Assembly: GCA_032718475.1 (NCBI GenBank)
Contig: JAUCBJ010002562.1
Location: forward strand, 1 to 38,138
DNA length: 38,138 nt
Origin: Nemertoderma westbladi
Lineage: Eukaryota > Animalia > Xenacoelomorpha
Direction: 5' to 3'
The notes under the pieces were generated by a model that worked only from the letters and a program-made list of their open reading frames with translations, ran no database searches and had not been told where the DNA came from. Of the stretch, positions 22,580 to 33,985 are shown piece by piece. The position numbers and the translations under genes were made by a program. Position 1 is the stretch's first letter, and each line of letters opens with the position of its first letter.

Positions 22580-23859
22580 AGCTAACAGCATACAGTTTAC
22601 TATTAATTGTTTAATGTAGGCTAATTTTAGTTATAAAGATTAAGATATTTATATTATTAGTTTAACACAACGATATAATGTTCATTGTTTAAGATTATTT
22701 TTATTCGTTTGTAGCGACACTGTAGGGGTTGTCCTACCTAGTATTATTCTTGGACCTTATTCTTTCTGTAAAAATGCGAATTAAAATAAAAAATAAATAA
22801 AAAATAAAATGCTAAAAATGCTAAAAATGCTAGTTAGCTTATTGTTTTTATGGCAAACCTGCAAAGCAAATTTTGTTTGTTTTGCTTGCAGTAAGCAAGC
22901 AAGCAAGCCTTAACCTCAATAAGGGCGGCATTGCATGAAGCTCGATTGGAGGCACTGTTACTTCTCCAAACACAGCTGTAGGCAAGTTAGTAAGGGAGCA
23001 GATTGGAGGTCAAATTGGCAACCAAAACAAAACAGTTTTGCAATCGCAAATGGATCTTCTTTGGCACACTGGCAATGTTACGGTGGCCCACGCCTGCAAG
23101 TATTGGAAAATAATGAGCAGGCCATGAAACAAATAACAGGGCAATAATACAAAGAAACCAGGGCGTCATTAATTATAGAAGCCAGGGCAATAATATAATA
23201 TAACTTTGCCCTCTAGCGTTAGATTTGAGAACTGCAGACTTTGTTTAGACACAGCTAATTGTCTAAATACATTATCTGCCTAGCTTCAGCTTGAACGAAC
23301 AGCTTGACAAAGAAATGCGAGAACATTTAATGTTTAGACATGTAGCACTCTAGCTGGGGTTTATTGAATTGATGGTGTCTGAAAGTCTAAAAAAATCTTA
23401 ACTTTTGGTCCTATTGATGCCTACAGATTTTCAGCTCAACGGCTCTAAATCTGACAAAGTCATTAGTATGCCAAAATCGTAACGACGACAACAACAACTA
23501 TTTGCAATATTGAATCAACACCCTAACATTAGTGTCAATTCGCTAAGGCTCATCCAACTTCGTGGCTCGTCCCACAATACTGCACACAAGCCATGCTACT
23601 GCTACATAACTGCATGCATATGTGCTTCTTTAATTTCTGCCGTAGCTTCTTTGTATTTTGTCTTGTTCTTTGTTTTCTGCCCTGGCTTCTTTGTATTCTG
23701 TCCTGTTCTTTGTTTCCTGCCCTACTCTTTGTTTTCCATACTGGCAGGTTACTGAAGGCCATGGTACAATCAAACAATGACCAGGAGGGGGAGGGACTTC
23801 AAATGTACAACTCCTGTCAGCCTGTACTGCTAACTACTGTAGGATTACTTGAATAAGGC

Positions 23860-23972
23860 AGAGAACCAATAAATAGGTGGATACTGGCGGTAAACTGTGA
23901 GTGGCCAATCAGGAGACTGAAACAAATTGACAAAGTGATTAACAAAGGTTACCGCTGCATGCTACGGTGAGC
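23860..23972 (+). promoter_or_regulatory. Candidate promoter and short non-coding first exon of the MIS18BP1-like gene
   Basis: Two CCAAT boxes (23866-23870, 23905-23909) are followed by a consensus donor CG|GTGAGC at 23967 and a GC-richer tract. Inference only. Confidence 0.3.
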
Positions 23973-25059
23973 TGTACCGGTAACCCCAGGCGGAAAGCAA
24001 GCTGAGTAGAGGACTGAAGGCCTGAAGCGAAGGCTGGAAGGCTTTTAAATATAAAGAATACCGGTAGCGCCTGTCCGCCTGTGAACTACAGAACTAGCAG
24101 ACTAGGACAGTGCTGCAGTGGCCAGTACTGCAGTAGGCAGTGCTAGGCCTACCTTTTCAGCTAAAGCAGTACACAGTACCGGTACTGCAGTACGGGCAAA
24201 CGGGTACGCCTGTACGCCCTGACAATCACACCCATCTCTTACATCTTGTGTCTTGCTGTCTTGATCGTACTGTCACACGTAGGCCATGGTCAGATGGTCA
24301 CACTTCGTATAGAAATTGATGGTGAGCTGACATGCTGACATGCCTAACTGCGTAACTACCCTACCGGCAGACCGGTACTGATGTCTGGCTGTGACCAGGT
24401 GACTGTGATCGTGATGTATAATTGATAATGTCTTGTCAGTCAGTCTGTGCTGCTGTGTGTCGTACCGGTACCTGGCACCTGGCTGCCTGCAGGCCTGGGT
24501 TGGGTAGCCTACTGATACTGACTGATTGTCCTTTACTTCTAATAATTGCTAACCGAAATTTAATATTCTGGAATGTCAAAATCATGCTATCACAGGTCTT
24601 GCTCTCTGATTGGACAGTTTAGTTTATTTGCAAATATTCACTTTTTAAAAATATGATTCACAATTGACGAATTATAAAATAAAATGTTGGCAATTTTAAC
24701 TTATTATTTAGACTGACAAACCGAATAAAAATGGTGTTTTATAGAATTGGTAGACAATTTTTAAAATTTTTCATTCTACTAATTTCCATGGCAACGGGAA
24801 TGTAAACAAATTCAAATGTAAAATATTATGATAGACTTTTATTTCCATCAATCACCTACCAAATCTCAAGGGAAGAATCCATTGTCGCCTTGCTGCCTTG
24901 AAATACAAGCGCGCAAAGTTTTAACTTTGCACCCGGTTACCTTGGCAATTCCAGAATTCTACAAGATAAAAATTCCAGAAACACATTTTATTACATTGCT
25001 TTGAATCCTAGTCATCATATCCATCTAACCAAAGTAGCACATAAGAAGTTTCTAAGGAA

Positions 25060-25958
25060 CAGGCCTCCCAGAGTTTCCTTTTTTCCTTTTTTTTTCCTTT
25101 ATTTTAGAACGTTTCCTTTTTTTCCTTTTTATTTAGAACGTCTCCTTTTTTCCTTTTTTTGTCCATTTTCACACATTTTTTTCCTCTTTTTTTGGTTCAG
25201 AAGATCAACTTCAGCTTGCTGTTGATATTGACAAGGTTATAACAGAGATTGACGGGCATAATAATGCCGTTTTTTATTTTGAGTATGTTTATTTTGACAA
25301 AAATCACAAGCTAAGCTACCATAAAAATGTAGCAGTTGAGGGAACTGTAAATATATTTATTTTCTGAGGGGGGGATATATTATGATTGACACAAAACCCG
25401 CCTTGGTGAATTAATATTGTTGTTTTTTAATTTAGGGAAAGGAACAAGTTGCAGTGGTAGTCTATTCTAACCAAAACAATAAAGTAAAGCCTATAACAAG
25501 GGTTATAGTCCCTGGAGATGGATGAATTTTGATTGAGTCTAAAAGTATTTTTGTTATTTATATAAATGTAGCCACGACCAGAAATCCGTACCAAAGTTTT
25601 TGGGCCTTATATTTCTTTCAAACTAAAGTTATATTTACAAGCGTTTGATAAACCTCTATCAATGGCCATCAATAGGCCGAATTCAACCATCTCTGATAAC
25701 TAGGCAAAAAGGTGAAAATTAGAAACATACAGTGACGTTTCTTAATAGGCCTATATATATATATAAGGTTAATGAAATATAATGTTTACTATCCTTTTTT
25801 AAAGATAATATCAATTCAGTTTTTCCCTTTTTTTGAACCGTATCCGATCCTTTTTGTCCTTTTTCTGAACTGCATCCTATCCTTTTTTTCCTTTTTTTTT
25901 GAAAATATAAATTCCTTTTTTCCTTTTTTTTCATCGATTTTTTTGGCTGGGAGGGCTG
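25060..25958. mobile_element. Non-autonomous TIR element with a 6-bp TSD (hAT-like termini)
   Basis: Ends CAGGCCTCCCAG ... CTGGGAGGGCTG (11/12 inverted match) flanked by AAGGAA on both sides (25054-25059, 25959-25964). Both subterminal regions carry TCCTTTT-type repeats. Confidence 0.75.
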
Positions 25959-26218
25959 AAGGAAATATTATGAAAATAGTGCCATAAATGGGAAACGATC
26001 GGCCTCTGCTAATTTCAGCAATCCGCTCGCTGCATGACCTGTTATTAAGTACACCTTGGTTAGGGTTCAGGCCGCCACTACCAGACTACTGCAGTACTGT
26101 AAATACTAACTGAACTGCTGAACTGTATCTGTATCATCTTGTATCTACCGACCGCGCTACCGGCATCGGCAAACTAATTCCTGAATTACCGGTATATAAT
26201 TATTTAATTTGCAGATTA

Positions 26219-27059
26219 AGGTCCGACGAATTTGTACAAAAAAATACAATATAGTACAAAAGAATACAAAAGAGTACAATAAAGTGCAAAAAAAATAGTA
26301 CAAAAGAGTGCAAAAATAGTACAAAAGAGTACAAACGAGTGAGAAACGATTGCAAAACGTGTACGGTATCCAAGTGTAGTTCAAATCGTTTAGAGGGGCG
26401 CACATGATGTGCAAAATAAAACAAAGCATTGTCTGATTGTGGGGCGAGCCATGCATTGAGTGGGAGCTTGTAATGTAGCTTTTTGTGTTCAAAAAACACA
26501 AAACTGCAAAACACGGTCCCAAGCTCGCAAAATTTCAGAGGGAGAACGAGAACTCAATAAAGTTGCAGATAGAGGCGTACGTGTACATACAGACATACAT
26601 AGCCCACATAACGTAGCATACAGTCTATCCTTCAGTATATGGGCTACTTTAAGACTATGACCTAAATTTTGAATCTCAGTTATAGGAGTTTTATCTACCC
26701 AGACCCACTGCATAGTATGTCAGTATGTAGACCTATTGCATTATATTGTATTATACGAACTGTAGCCTATTTATACTTGTATGCCAGTCAAAATCGACAT
26801 GAATCAAAGTTCTATCAATCATTTCATACTGACCACAGAACCCTGGCCGCTAGTGATTGACACTGTAGCGGCGCATATTTCAGGTGCCGTTGCATTTGCT
26901 TAAAATTAATTATATTTGTATACAAGTGTAGTGTGTAGTGTTAGTGTAGTGTATACTTACTACACTGGTATACTCTTTTGTACTATTTTTGCACTTTATT
27001 GTACTCTTTTGTATTCTTTTGTACTATTTTGTACTTTTTTGAACAGATTCGTCGGACCG
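26219..27059. mobile_element. Non-autonomous TIR/foldback element with about 90-bp TIRs and 8-bp TSD GCAGATTA
   Basis: GGTCCGACGAATTTGTACAAAAAAATAC...AAGAGT (26220 to about 26310) is inverted at 26972-27058. GCAGATTA occurs at 26211-26218 and 27060-27067. Internal GTACAAAA/TTTTGTAC repeats. Confidence 0.9.
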
Positions 27060-27116
27060 GCAGATTACCGTACGGTAGCTTATCAGTCTATTGCTGTATT
27101 TGACTAAAACAGTAAA

Positions 27117-29321
27117 ATGGATAGACCTATTTCGAAAGTGAGAAAAATGACATTAGAGGATTGGTGTATCAAGATAGAAATGAATGGAGTCGCATTAGAT
27201 GGTTTCAAACCTGAGGATACCGATGCGTGGAAAACGTCTTTTGTTTCAAATATTTTATCACCAAACAAAGTCGTTACTGTAACAGGTTCGATTTACACGC
27301 TGGTTGGCGAAATCAATGAACTTCTAGCAAAAGAACGAGACATACCTATTCCTATCATTCAAGCCTTCAAACACGGCTTCCCTGGAAACTGGAAAACACT
27401 GCTCAACGACTACCTTCGCCAGCGGGTTAGTGCAGGGAGCGTACCGGAAAAGTTCCGCTACAATACAAAGGAATCTTTACTTAAACATGGTGCAAAGGCC
27501 AAGAAAGGTAAACAACCAGCAGTCTATATCGGTAAGCAAAGCTCAAAACCTGTACAACATAATGCCAGTAAACTACCTGTAACATCGTTTAAAGGAAAGA
27601 AAGATAACAAAATAAAATGCAATGCTGTTAAATTACCTGCAACTAAGAATGATGTCGTATACAACCTCACCGAAACATCCCAGAGAGTTCCAGTTAACAT
27701 TCTACACATTCTAGGACCCGATAGTAACGCCGATGGGGTGTACAGTATTGTTGAAGAGGAGTGCTCAAGTCCATTAGATAATGTGGATATGGGTTTGATA
27801 GATGTGGTAACGTTAGATTACTTAAACAAACTACAACAGAGTATGACGATGGCAGGTAAGTGCGAGCGGGGTACAAATAGAAAAACAACAGTTGGCAAAG
27901 AAAACTTCGTGAGCTACCCATTAAGATCCGCGATCGCAGATAGTAAAATCCATGGTAATACTAAGGTGGCTAAGTTAGAAGCACAAAAGCACTGCGCTGA
28001 GATTGGCAGACCTGAGCCAAGTAATGGTAGGATTTCCAAACATAAAAATACCAAGCCGTTAGATACTGGTACCAATGATGATATTGGAGTTCCCCATAAA
28101 ACTGTAACAAAACCGAGGGTAACTGTAGCAAAGTATCAAACACAGAAACGGAGTGACAGCCAATCAAGTTCACAAGACTTCCAAAATGCAAAGTCTACGC
28201 TGAAAAGGACTGGCAACCCAGTAAAAACTGGCAGGAATAAGAAAGCTAAAATAATTACAACCCAAACTAAAGGAGATAACTCTGTGGAAACAGTAAAGGG
28301 TAAAATTACCACTGCCATAAATCTAATTGAAACGAATCATAATAAAAAAAACAAAACTAATCTTAAAGCTAAAGGGACTGATAATCATTCGAAACTTCCA
28401 ACAACCAGCCAGTGTTCTAAACCAAAGAAAAATACGCCAAAAAATAAACGGGTCAATAGGGGAAGACGAGATGAGCGAGTGAATGAGTGCGATTCCGATG
28501 ATGATGTAGTTCTCTCGCAAGTCCTCGCGGAGTCGAAGCGGGCGAAGGAACAACCACATAGAAGGAATCGAGTGCCGAAGGTTAATCCGGTGTTCAAGAA
28601 AAAACAAATAGCCAAAGGTTCGGAGGTTGGCAAAGACGAGGGGCGCAATGTGGAAGCGGGAAAAGGGAAAGATGACAAGGGAAAGCGGGGGGAGAATAAA
28701 GGAAAAAATCCTAGGGGAAAAGATGCACAAATTATAACTGGTAGTAAACCGGCTAGTAATAAACGCACAAAGAAAGTTTCAGGGAAAAAAAGAAGCAAAA
28801 AGCAACTAGAGGTGATGGAAAGGTCGGCGGGGTTTACCTACGAGGACGATCCTTTCCGTAAGTTCCACGAGATTAATCTTCCGAAGTTCGCGAAACTGGA
28901 CGACATCCCGTGCGTTCCTAGTCCCGGGTCCTTGCTACGGACACCTTCCTTGATGAAGTCCTCGGACGATGGCTCAGACTTGGACTTCCGGTCGGTGAAC
29001 ATGTTCCAGACACCGAGTGTCGTCCAGTTCAGTAGCCAAGAGAGCGAGACGCCATTACCACTTTGCGGATCTCAAAAGTGCACGGCAGTGGATGATCGTA
29101 CGGATTCCTACGTGAGCGCCATTATTAGTAAAGGGAAGTCGAAGAGGAAAGGTCGCGGTAATGTTTGTGTTGACGAGGGTATCCAACCGGTTTGTGCGGA
29201 GTTCGACTCCAAGGATATCGAGGAACTCAAACTAACTGTTATTCCTGAGACCCCGGATGATGTGACGCCGACAGACTCCGAGGACGAACCCGACCATTAC
29301 ATCAGTGACATGGAATGCTAG
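27117..29321 (+). CDS. MIS18BP1: Mis18-binding protein 1 / KNL2-like centromere licensing factor, 734 aa, single coding exon, nested antisense in an intron
   Basis: N-terminal SANTA domain (LEDWCIK..VALDG..WKTS..VVTVTGSIYTLVG..FKHGFPGNWKTLL), a long Lys/Ser-rich disordered middle, and M18BP1-like C-terminal motifs (basic tract then EDDPF; DSYV; terminal DHYISD). Confidence 0.85.
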   Translation: MDRPISKVRKMTLEDWCIKIEMNGVALDGFKPEDTDAWKTSFVSNILSPNKVVTVTGSIYTLVGEINELLAKERDIPIPIIQAFKHGFPGNWKTLLNDYLRQRVSAGSVPEKFRYNTKESLLKHGAKAKKGKQPAVYIGKQSSKPVQHNASKLPVTSFKGKKDNKIKCNAVKLPATKNDVVYNLTETSQRVPVNILHILGPDSNADGVYSIVEEECSSPLDNVDMGLIDVVTLDYLNKLQQSMTMAGKCERGTNRKTTVGKENFVSYPLRSAIADSKIHGNTKVAKLEAQKHCAEIGRPEPSNGRISKHKNTKPLDTGTNDDIGVPHKTVTKPRVTVAKYQTQKRSDSQSSSQDFQNAKSTLKRTGNPVKTGRNKKAKIITTQTKGDNSVETVKGKITTAINLIETNHNKKNKTNLKAKGTDNHSKLPTTSQCSKPKKNTPKNKRVNRGRRDERVNECDSDDDVVLSQVLAESKRAKEQPHRRNRVPKVNPVFKKKQIAKGSEVGKDEGRNVEAGKGKDDKGKRGENKGKNPRGKDAQIITGSKPASNKRTKKVSGKKRSKKQLEVMERSAGFTYEDDPFRKFHEINLPKFAKLDDIPCVPSPGSLLRTPSLMKSSDDGSDLDFRSVNMFQTPSVVQFSSQESETPLPLCGSQKCTAVDDRTDSYVSAIISKGKSKRKGRGNVCVDEGIQPVCAEFDSKDIEELKLTVIPETPDDVTPTDSEDEPDHYISDMEC

Positions 29322-29822
29322 TCGTCTTGCACTACACTACAAACTGAAGTGAACTACTAAAAAACAATATTAAGAACAATTGAACTGCAAGTTATATAGG
29401 TATTTCATTCCCATTAACAGCCGAAATATATACAACAAGGGCTATTCATGAATGAGGTCACAAAACAACCCCCCTCCCCCCCATCTTAACGTCGTTTATG
29501 AACCGTACTTAGTACTGTTACTGATTCGTACCTATTGTATATTATAACATTCATTATCATTTACAAAGATATATATATTTTTATAAAATATATTGTTTGT
29601 TTGCCATCGATCGATGTTGATTATCGTTTATATATACATCTAATCGCAATCTGTTTATTCGGTAGGTTTTTATTTACTTTGTTTTGTTTTTTAATCGCTA
29701 CGTTTTTGTTTGTGCTGTGTGATTGAGTTACTCCAGCAGTGTACTGTACTATAGGGAGGGTGGATAATTGTAACGAGGAGTACCGAACGGTGAACCCATT
29801 CTATGTTGTACTATTTATTATA

Positions 29823-29828
29823 AATAAA
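29823..29828 (+). terminator. Candidate polyadenylation signal for the MIS18BP1-like gene
   Basis: AATAAA about 500 nt after the stop codon. Confidence 0.4.
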
Positions 29829-29904
29829 TTTAATTATTCACCACAAATAATTTCCCGAGATAGAGCCTCGTAATATATTCACAATACGACCTATAAAATA
29901 CGAA

Positions 29905-30031
29905 ATAATACACAGATAGTGCCGCAAACTCATCGAATAATGCACAGATAGTGCCGCAAACTCATCGAATAATGCACAGATAGTGCCGCAAACTCATCGA
30001 ATAATACACAGATAGTGCCGCAAACTCATCG
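29905..30031. repeat. 32-bp tandem repeat x4 (CACAGATAGTGCCGCAAACTCATCGAATAATG)
   Basis: Copies start at 29911, 29943, 29975 and 30007. Confidence 0.95.
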
Positions 30032-31034
30032 CAAGTGAAAATATATTGAGGTTAGTTTATTGTTTTGGTTAAAAAACACCACCACTATAACATCCTCCTT
30101 CCCCTTAATGTTTTAAATTTAAACCCACTAAAGACATAAAATGGTGTTCGCGGTACTGTAGGTTTTTATTGCATGTATTGTGTATTTTATTTTGTATTTC
30201 ATACGAACCTTGTATTTTTCATTTTAGGCTTGTTTAACGGTACTAAATTAATAAAAATAAACAGTGTAATTATTGGTATTTATTATGGCACCAATTTGGG
30301 ATAAGAAGAAATTTAAAGTAAAAAGTATCTCGCAATATATATACCACGTACCGGTAATACTTTAAACATAAATATAATCTTTTATTTTTGCATCCTCTTT
30401 GTATAGATATTAGTATATTCTTTATAATTATTATAGCCTATTAAAGCATAAGCTTAATAAAATTAAAAACAAAAACTAAGATTTTATAATTATAGATGAT
30501 ATACAATTATTACAGGCCACAAAAACTACAATAAACTATAAAAAAAGTCGTAATAGAATGTTGTATTAGTTGGTCTTGGTTTACATTTGCGTTAAGATAA
30601 ATAAATAATTATTTTATGTTTATAATACAATGCATCCCATCCATATAAACAGTTAGAGGAGAGTAACAATATTCTAGAAGTGCCCTACTATATTGTAATA
30701 TGTGTGATTCTAAAAATATTATTACGATATCCTACCTATCCTAATAATAATAAGTTATATACAATTTTTTGTTCGAGTTCACCGTTATTACATTTAAGGA
30801 AGTGATTATCAAATAGGCCTACCTACACTGCAGTTTATGTCTGTGTGGGATATGTGTTTGATACTATTAGTTATTTTTTTACCATTTAAACCATTTATTA
30901 TTAGTACATCACTGCCGCATATTAATTGTTTTTGATACAATAATTATTGTACTATGTTCATTCGTTGAAATAATGATTTTACATAGAAACTCATATTTTT
31001 CACGAATACGAACTCCTTTTACCGACCTGTCTAG

Positions 31035-33985
31035 TGTCTATGTACTGCACTAACCTCTTGGGTTGTGTGTCGGAGTTTCTCTTCTGTTCCAGCTAACTCC
31101 ACCTGTCTATGTACTGCACTAACCTCTTGGGTTGTGTGTCGGAGTTTCTCTTCTGTTCCCTCTAGCGCCACCTGTCTATGTACTGCACTAACCTCTTGGG
31201 TTGTGTGTCGGAGTTTCTCTTCTGTTCCCGCTAGCTCCACCTGTCTATGTACTGCACTAACCTCTTGGGTTGTGTGTCGGAGTTTCTCTTCTGTTCCAGC
31301 TAGCTCCACCTGTCTATGTACTGCACTAACCTCTTGGGTTGTGTGTCGGAGTTTCTCTTCTGTTCCCTCTAGCTCCACCTGTCTATGTACTGCACTAACC
31401 TCCTTGGGTTGTGTGTCGGAGTTTCTCTTCTGTTCCAATTAGCTCCACCTGTCTATGTACTGCACTAACCTCTTGGGTTGTGTGTCGGAGTTTCTCTTCT
31501 GTTCCCGCTAGCTCCACCTGTCTATGTACTGCACTAACCTCTTGGGTTGTGTGTCGGAGTTTCTCTTCTGTTCCCGCTAGCTCCACCTGTCTATGTACTT
31601 CACTAACCTCTTGGGTTGTGGGTTGTGTGTCGGAGTTTCTCTTCTGTTCCAGCTAACTCCACCTGTCTATGTACTGCACTAACCTCTTGGGTTGTGTGTC
31701 GGAGTTTCTCTTCTGTTCCCTCTAGCTCCACCTGTCTATGTACTGCACTAACCTCTTGGGTCGTGTGTCGGAGTTTCTCTTCTGTTCCCGCTAGCTCCAC
31801 CTGTCTATGTACTTCACTAACCTCTTGGGTTGTGGGTTGTGTGTCGGAGTTTCTCTTCTGTTCCCTCTAGCTCCACCTGTCTATGTACTGCACTAACCTC
31901 CTTGGGTTGTGTGTCGGAGTTTCTCTTCTGTTCCAGTTAGCTCCACCTGTCTATGTACTTCACTAACCTCTTGGGTTGTGGGTTGTGTGTCGGAGTTTCT
32001 CTTCTGTTCCAGCTAACTCCACCTGTCTATGTACTGCACTAACCTCTTGGGTTGTGTGTCGGAGTTTCTCTTCTGTTCCCTCTAGCTCCACCTGTCTATG
32101 TACTGCACTAACCTCTTGGGTCGTGTGTCGGAGTTTCTCTTCTGTTCCCGCTAGCTCCACCTGTCTATGTACTTCACTAACCTCTTGGGTTGTGGGTTGT
32201 GTGTCGGAGTTTCTCTTCTGTTCCAGCTAGCTCCACGAGTCTATGTACTGCACTAACCTCTTGGGTTGTGTGTCGGGGTTTCTCTTCTGTTCCCGCTAGC
32301 TCCACCTGTCTATGTACTGCACTAACCTCTTGGGTTGTGTGTCGGAGTTTCTCTTCTGTTCCCGCTAGCTCCACCTGTCTATGTACTTCACTAACCTCTT
32401 GGGTTGTGGGTTGTGTGTCGGAGTTTCTCTTCTGTTCCAGCTAACTCCACCTGTCTATGTACTGCACTAACCTCTTGGGTTGTGTGTCGGAGTTTCTCTT
32501 CTGTTCCCGCTAGCTCCACCTGTCTATGTACTTCACTAACCTCTTGGGTTGTGGGTTGTGTGTCGGAGTTTCTCTTCTGTTCCAGCTAGCTCCACGAGTC
32601 TATGTACTGCACTAACCTCTTGGGTTGTGTGTCGGGGTTTCTCTTCTGTTCCCGCTAGCTCCACGAGTCTATGTACTGCACTAACCTCTTGGGTTGTGTG
32701 TCGGGGTTTCTCTTCTGTTCCAGTTAGCTCCACCTGTCTATGTACTGCACTAACCTCTTGGGTTGTGTGTCGGAGTTTCTCTTCTGTTCCCGCTAGCTCC
32801 ACCTGTCTATGTACTGCACTAACCTCTTGGGTTGTGTGTCGAAGTTTCTCTTCTGTTCCAGCTAACTCCACCTGTCTATGTACTGCACTAACCTCTTGGG
32901 TTGTGTGTCGGGGTTTCTCTTCTGTTCCCGCTAGCTCCACCTGTCTATGTACTGCACTAACCTCTTGGGTTGTGTGTCGAAGTTTCTCTTCTGTTCCAGC
33001 TAACTCCACCTGTCTATGTACTGCACTAACCTCTTGGGTTGTGTGTCGGGGTTTCTCTTCTGTTCCCGCTAGCTCCACCTGTCTATGTACTGCACTAACC
33101 TCTTGGGTCGTGTGTCGGAGTTTCTCTTCTGTTCCCTCTAACTCCACCTGTCTATGTACTGCACTAACCTCCTTGGGTTGTGTGTCGGAGTTTCTCTTCT
33201 GTTCCCTCTAACTCCACCTGTCTATGTACTGCACTAACCTCTTGGGTTGTGTGTCGGAGTTTCTCTTCTGTTCCCTCTAGCTCCACCTGTCTATGTACTG
33301 CACTAACCTCTTGGGTTGTGTGTCGGGGTTTCTCTTCTGTTCCAGCTAGCTCCACCTGTCTATGTACTGCACTAACCTCTTGGGTTGTGTGTCGGAGTTT
33401 CTCTTCTGTTCCAGTTAGCTCCACCTGTCTATGTACTGCACTAACCTCCTTGGGTTGTGTGTCGGAGTTTCTCTTCTGTTCCAGTTAGCTCCACCTGTCT
33501 ATGTACTGCACTAACCTCTTGGGTTGTGTGTCGGAGTTTCTCTTCTGTTCCCGCTAGCTCCACCTGTCTATGTACTGCACTAACCTCTTGGGTTGTGTGT
33601 CGGAGTTTCTCTTCTGTTCCCGCTAGCTCCACCTGTCTATGTACTTCACTAACCTCTTGGGTTGTGGGTTGTGTGTCGGAGTTTCTCTTCTGTTCCAACT
33701 AACTCCACCTGTCTATGTACTGCACTAACCTCTTGGGTTGTGTGTCGGAGTTTCTCTTCTGTTCCCTCTAGCTCCACCTGTCTATGTACTGCACTAACCT
33801 CTTGGGTCGTGTGTCGGAGTTTCTCTTCTGTTCCCGCTAGCTCCACCTGTCTATGTACTGCACTAACCTCTTGGGTTGTGTGTCGGAGTTTCTCTTCTGT
33901 TCCCGCTAGCTCCACCTGTCTATGTACTGCACTAACCTCTTGGGTTGTGTGTCGGAGTTTCTCTTCTGTTCCCGCTAGCTCCACC
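31035..33985 (-). repeat. 69-bp tandem array (42 donor-containing units) of 48 nt exon end plus a 21-nt GT...AG segment
   Basis: Minus-strand unit GTGGAGCTAGCGGGAACAGAAGAGAAACTCCGACACACAACCCAAGAG|GTTAGTGCAGTACATAGACAG. Donors run from 33936 to 31054; four +1 and seven +7 insertion variants account for the length exactly (2882-53=41x69). Confidence 0.97.

Noticed and set aside
23510-23856. Short ORFs as extra exons of the coiled-coil gene or upstream coding exons of MIS18BP1
   Set aside because: Low-complexity TTCTTTG repeats with no phase-consistent splice sites.
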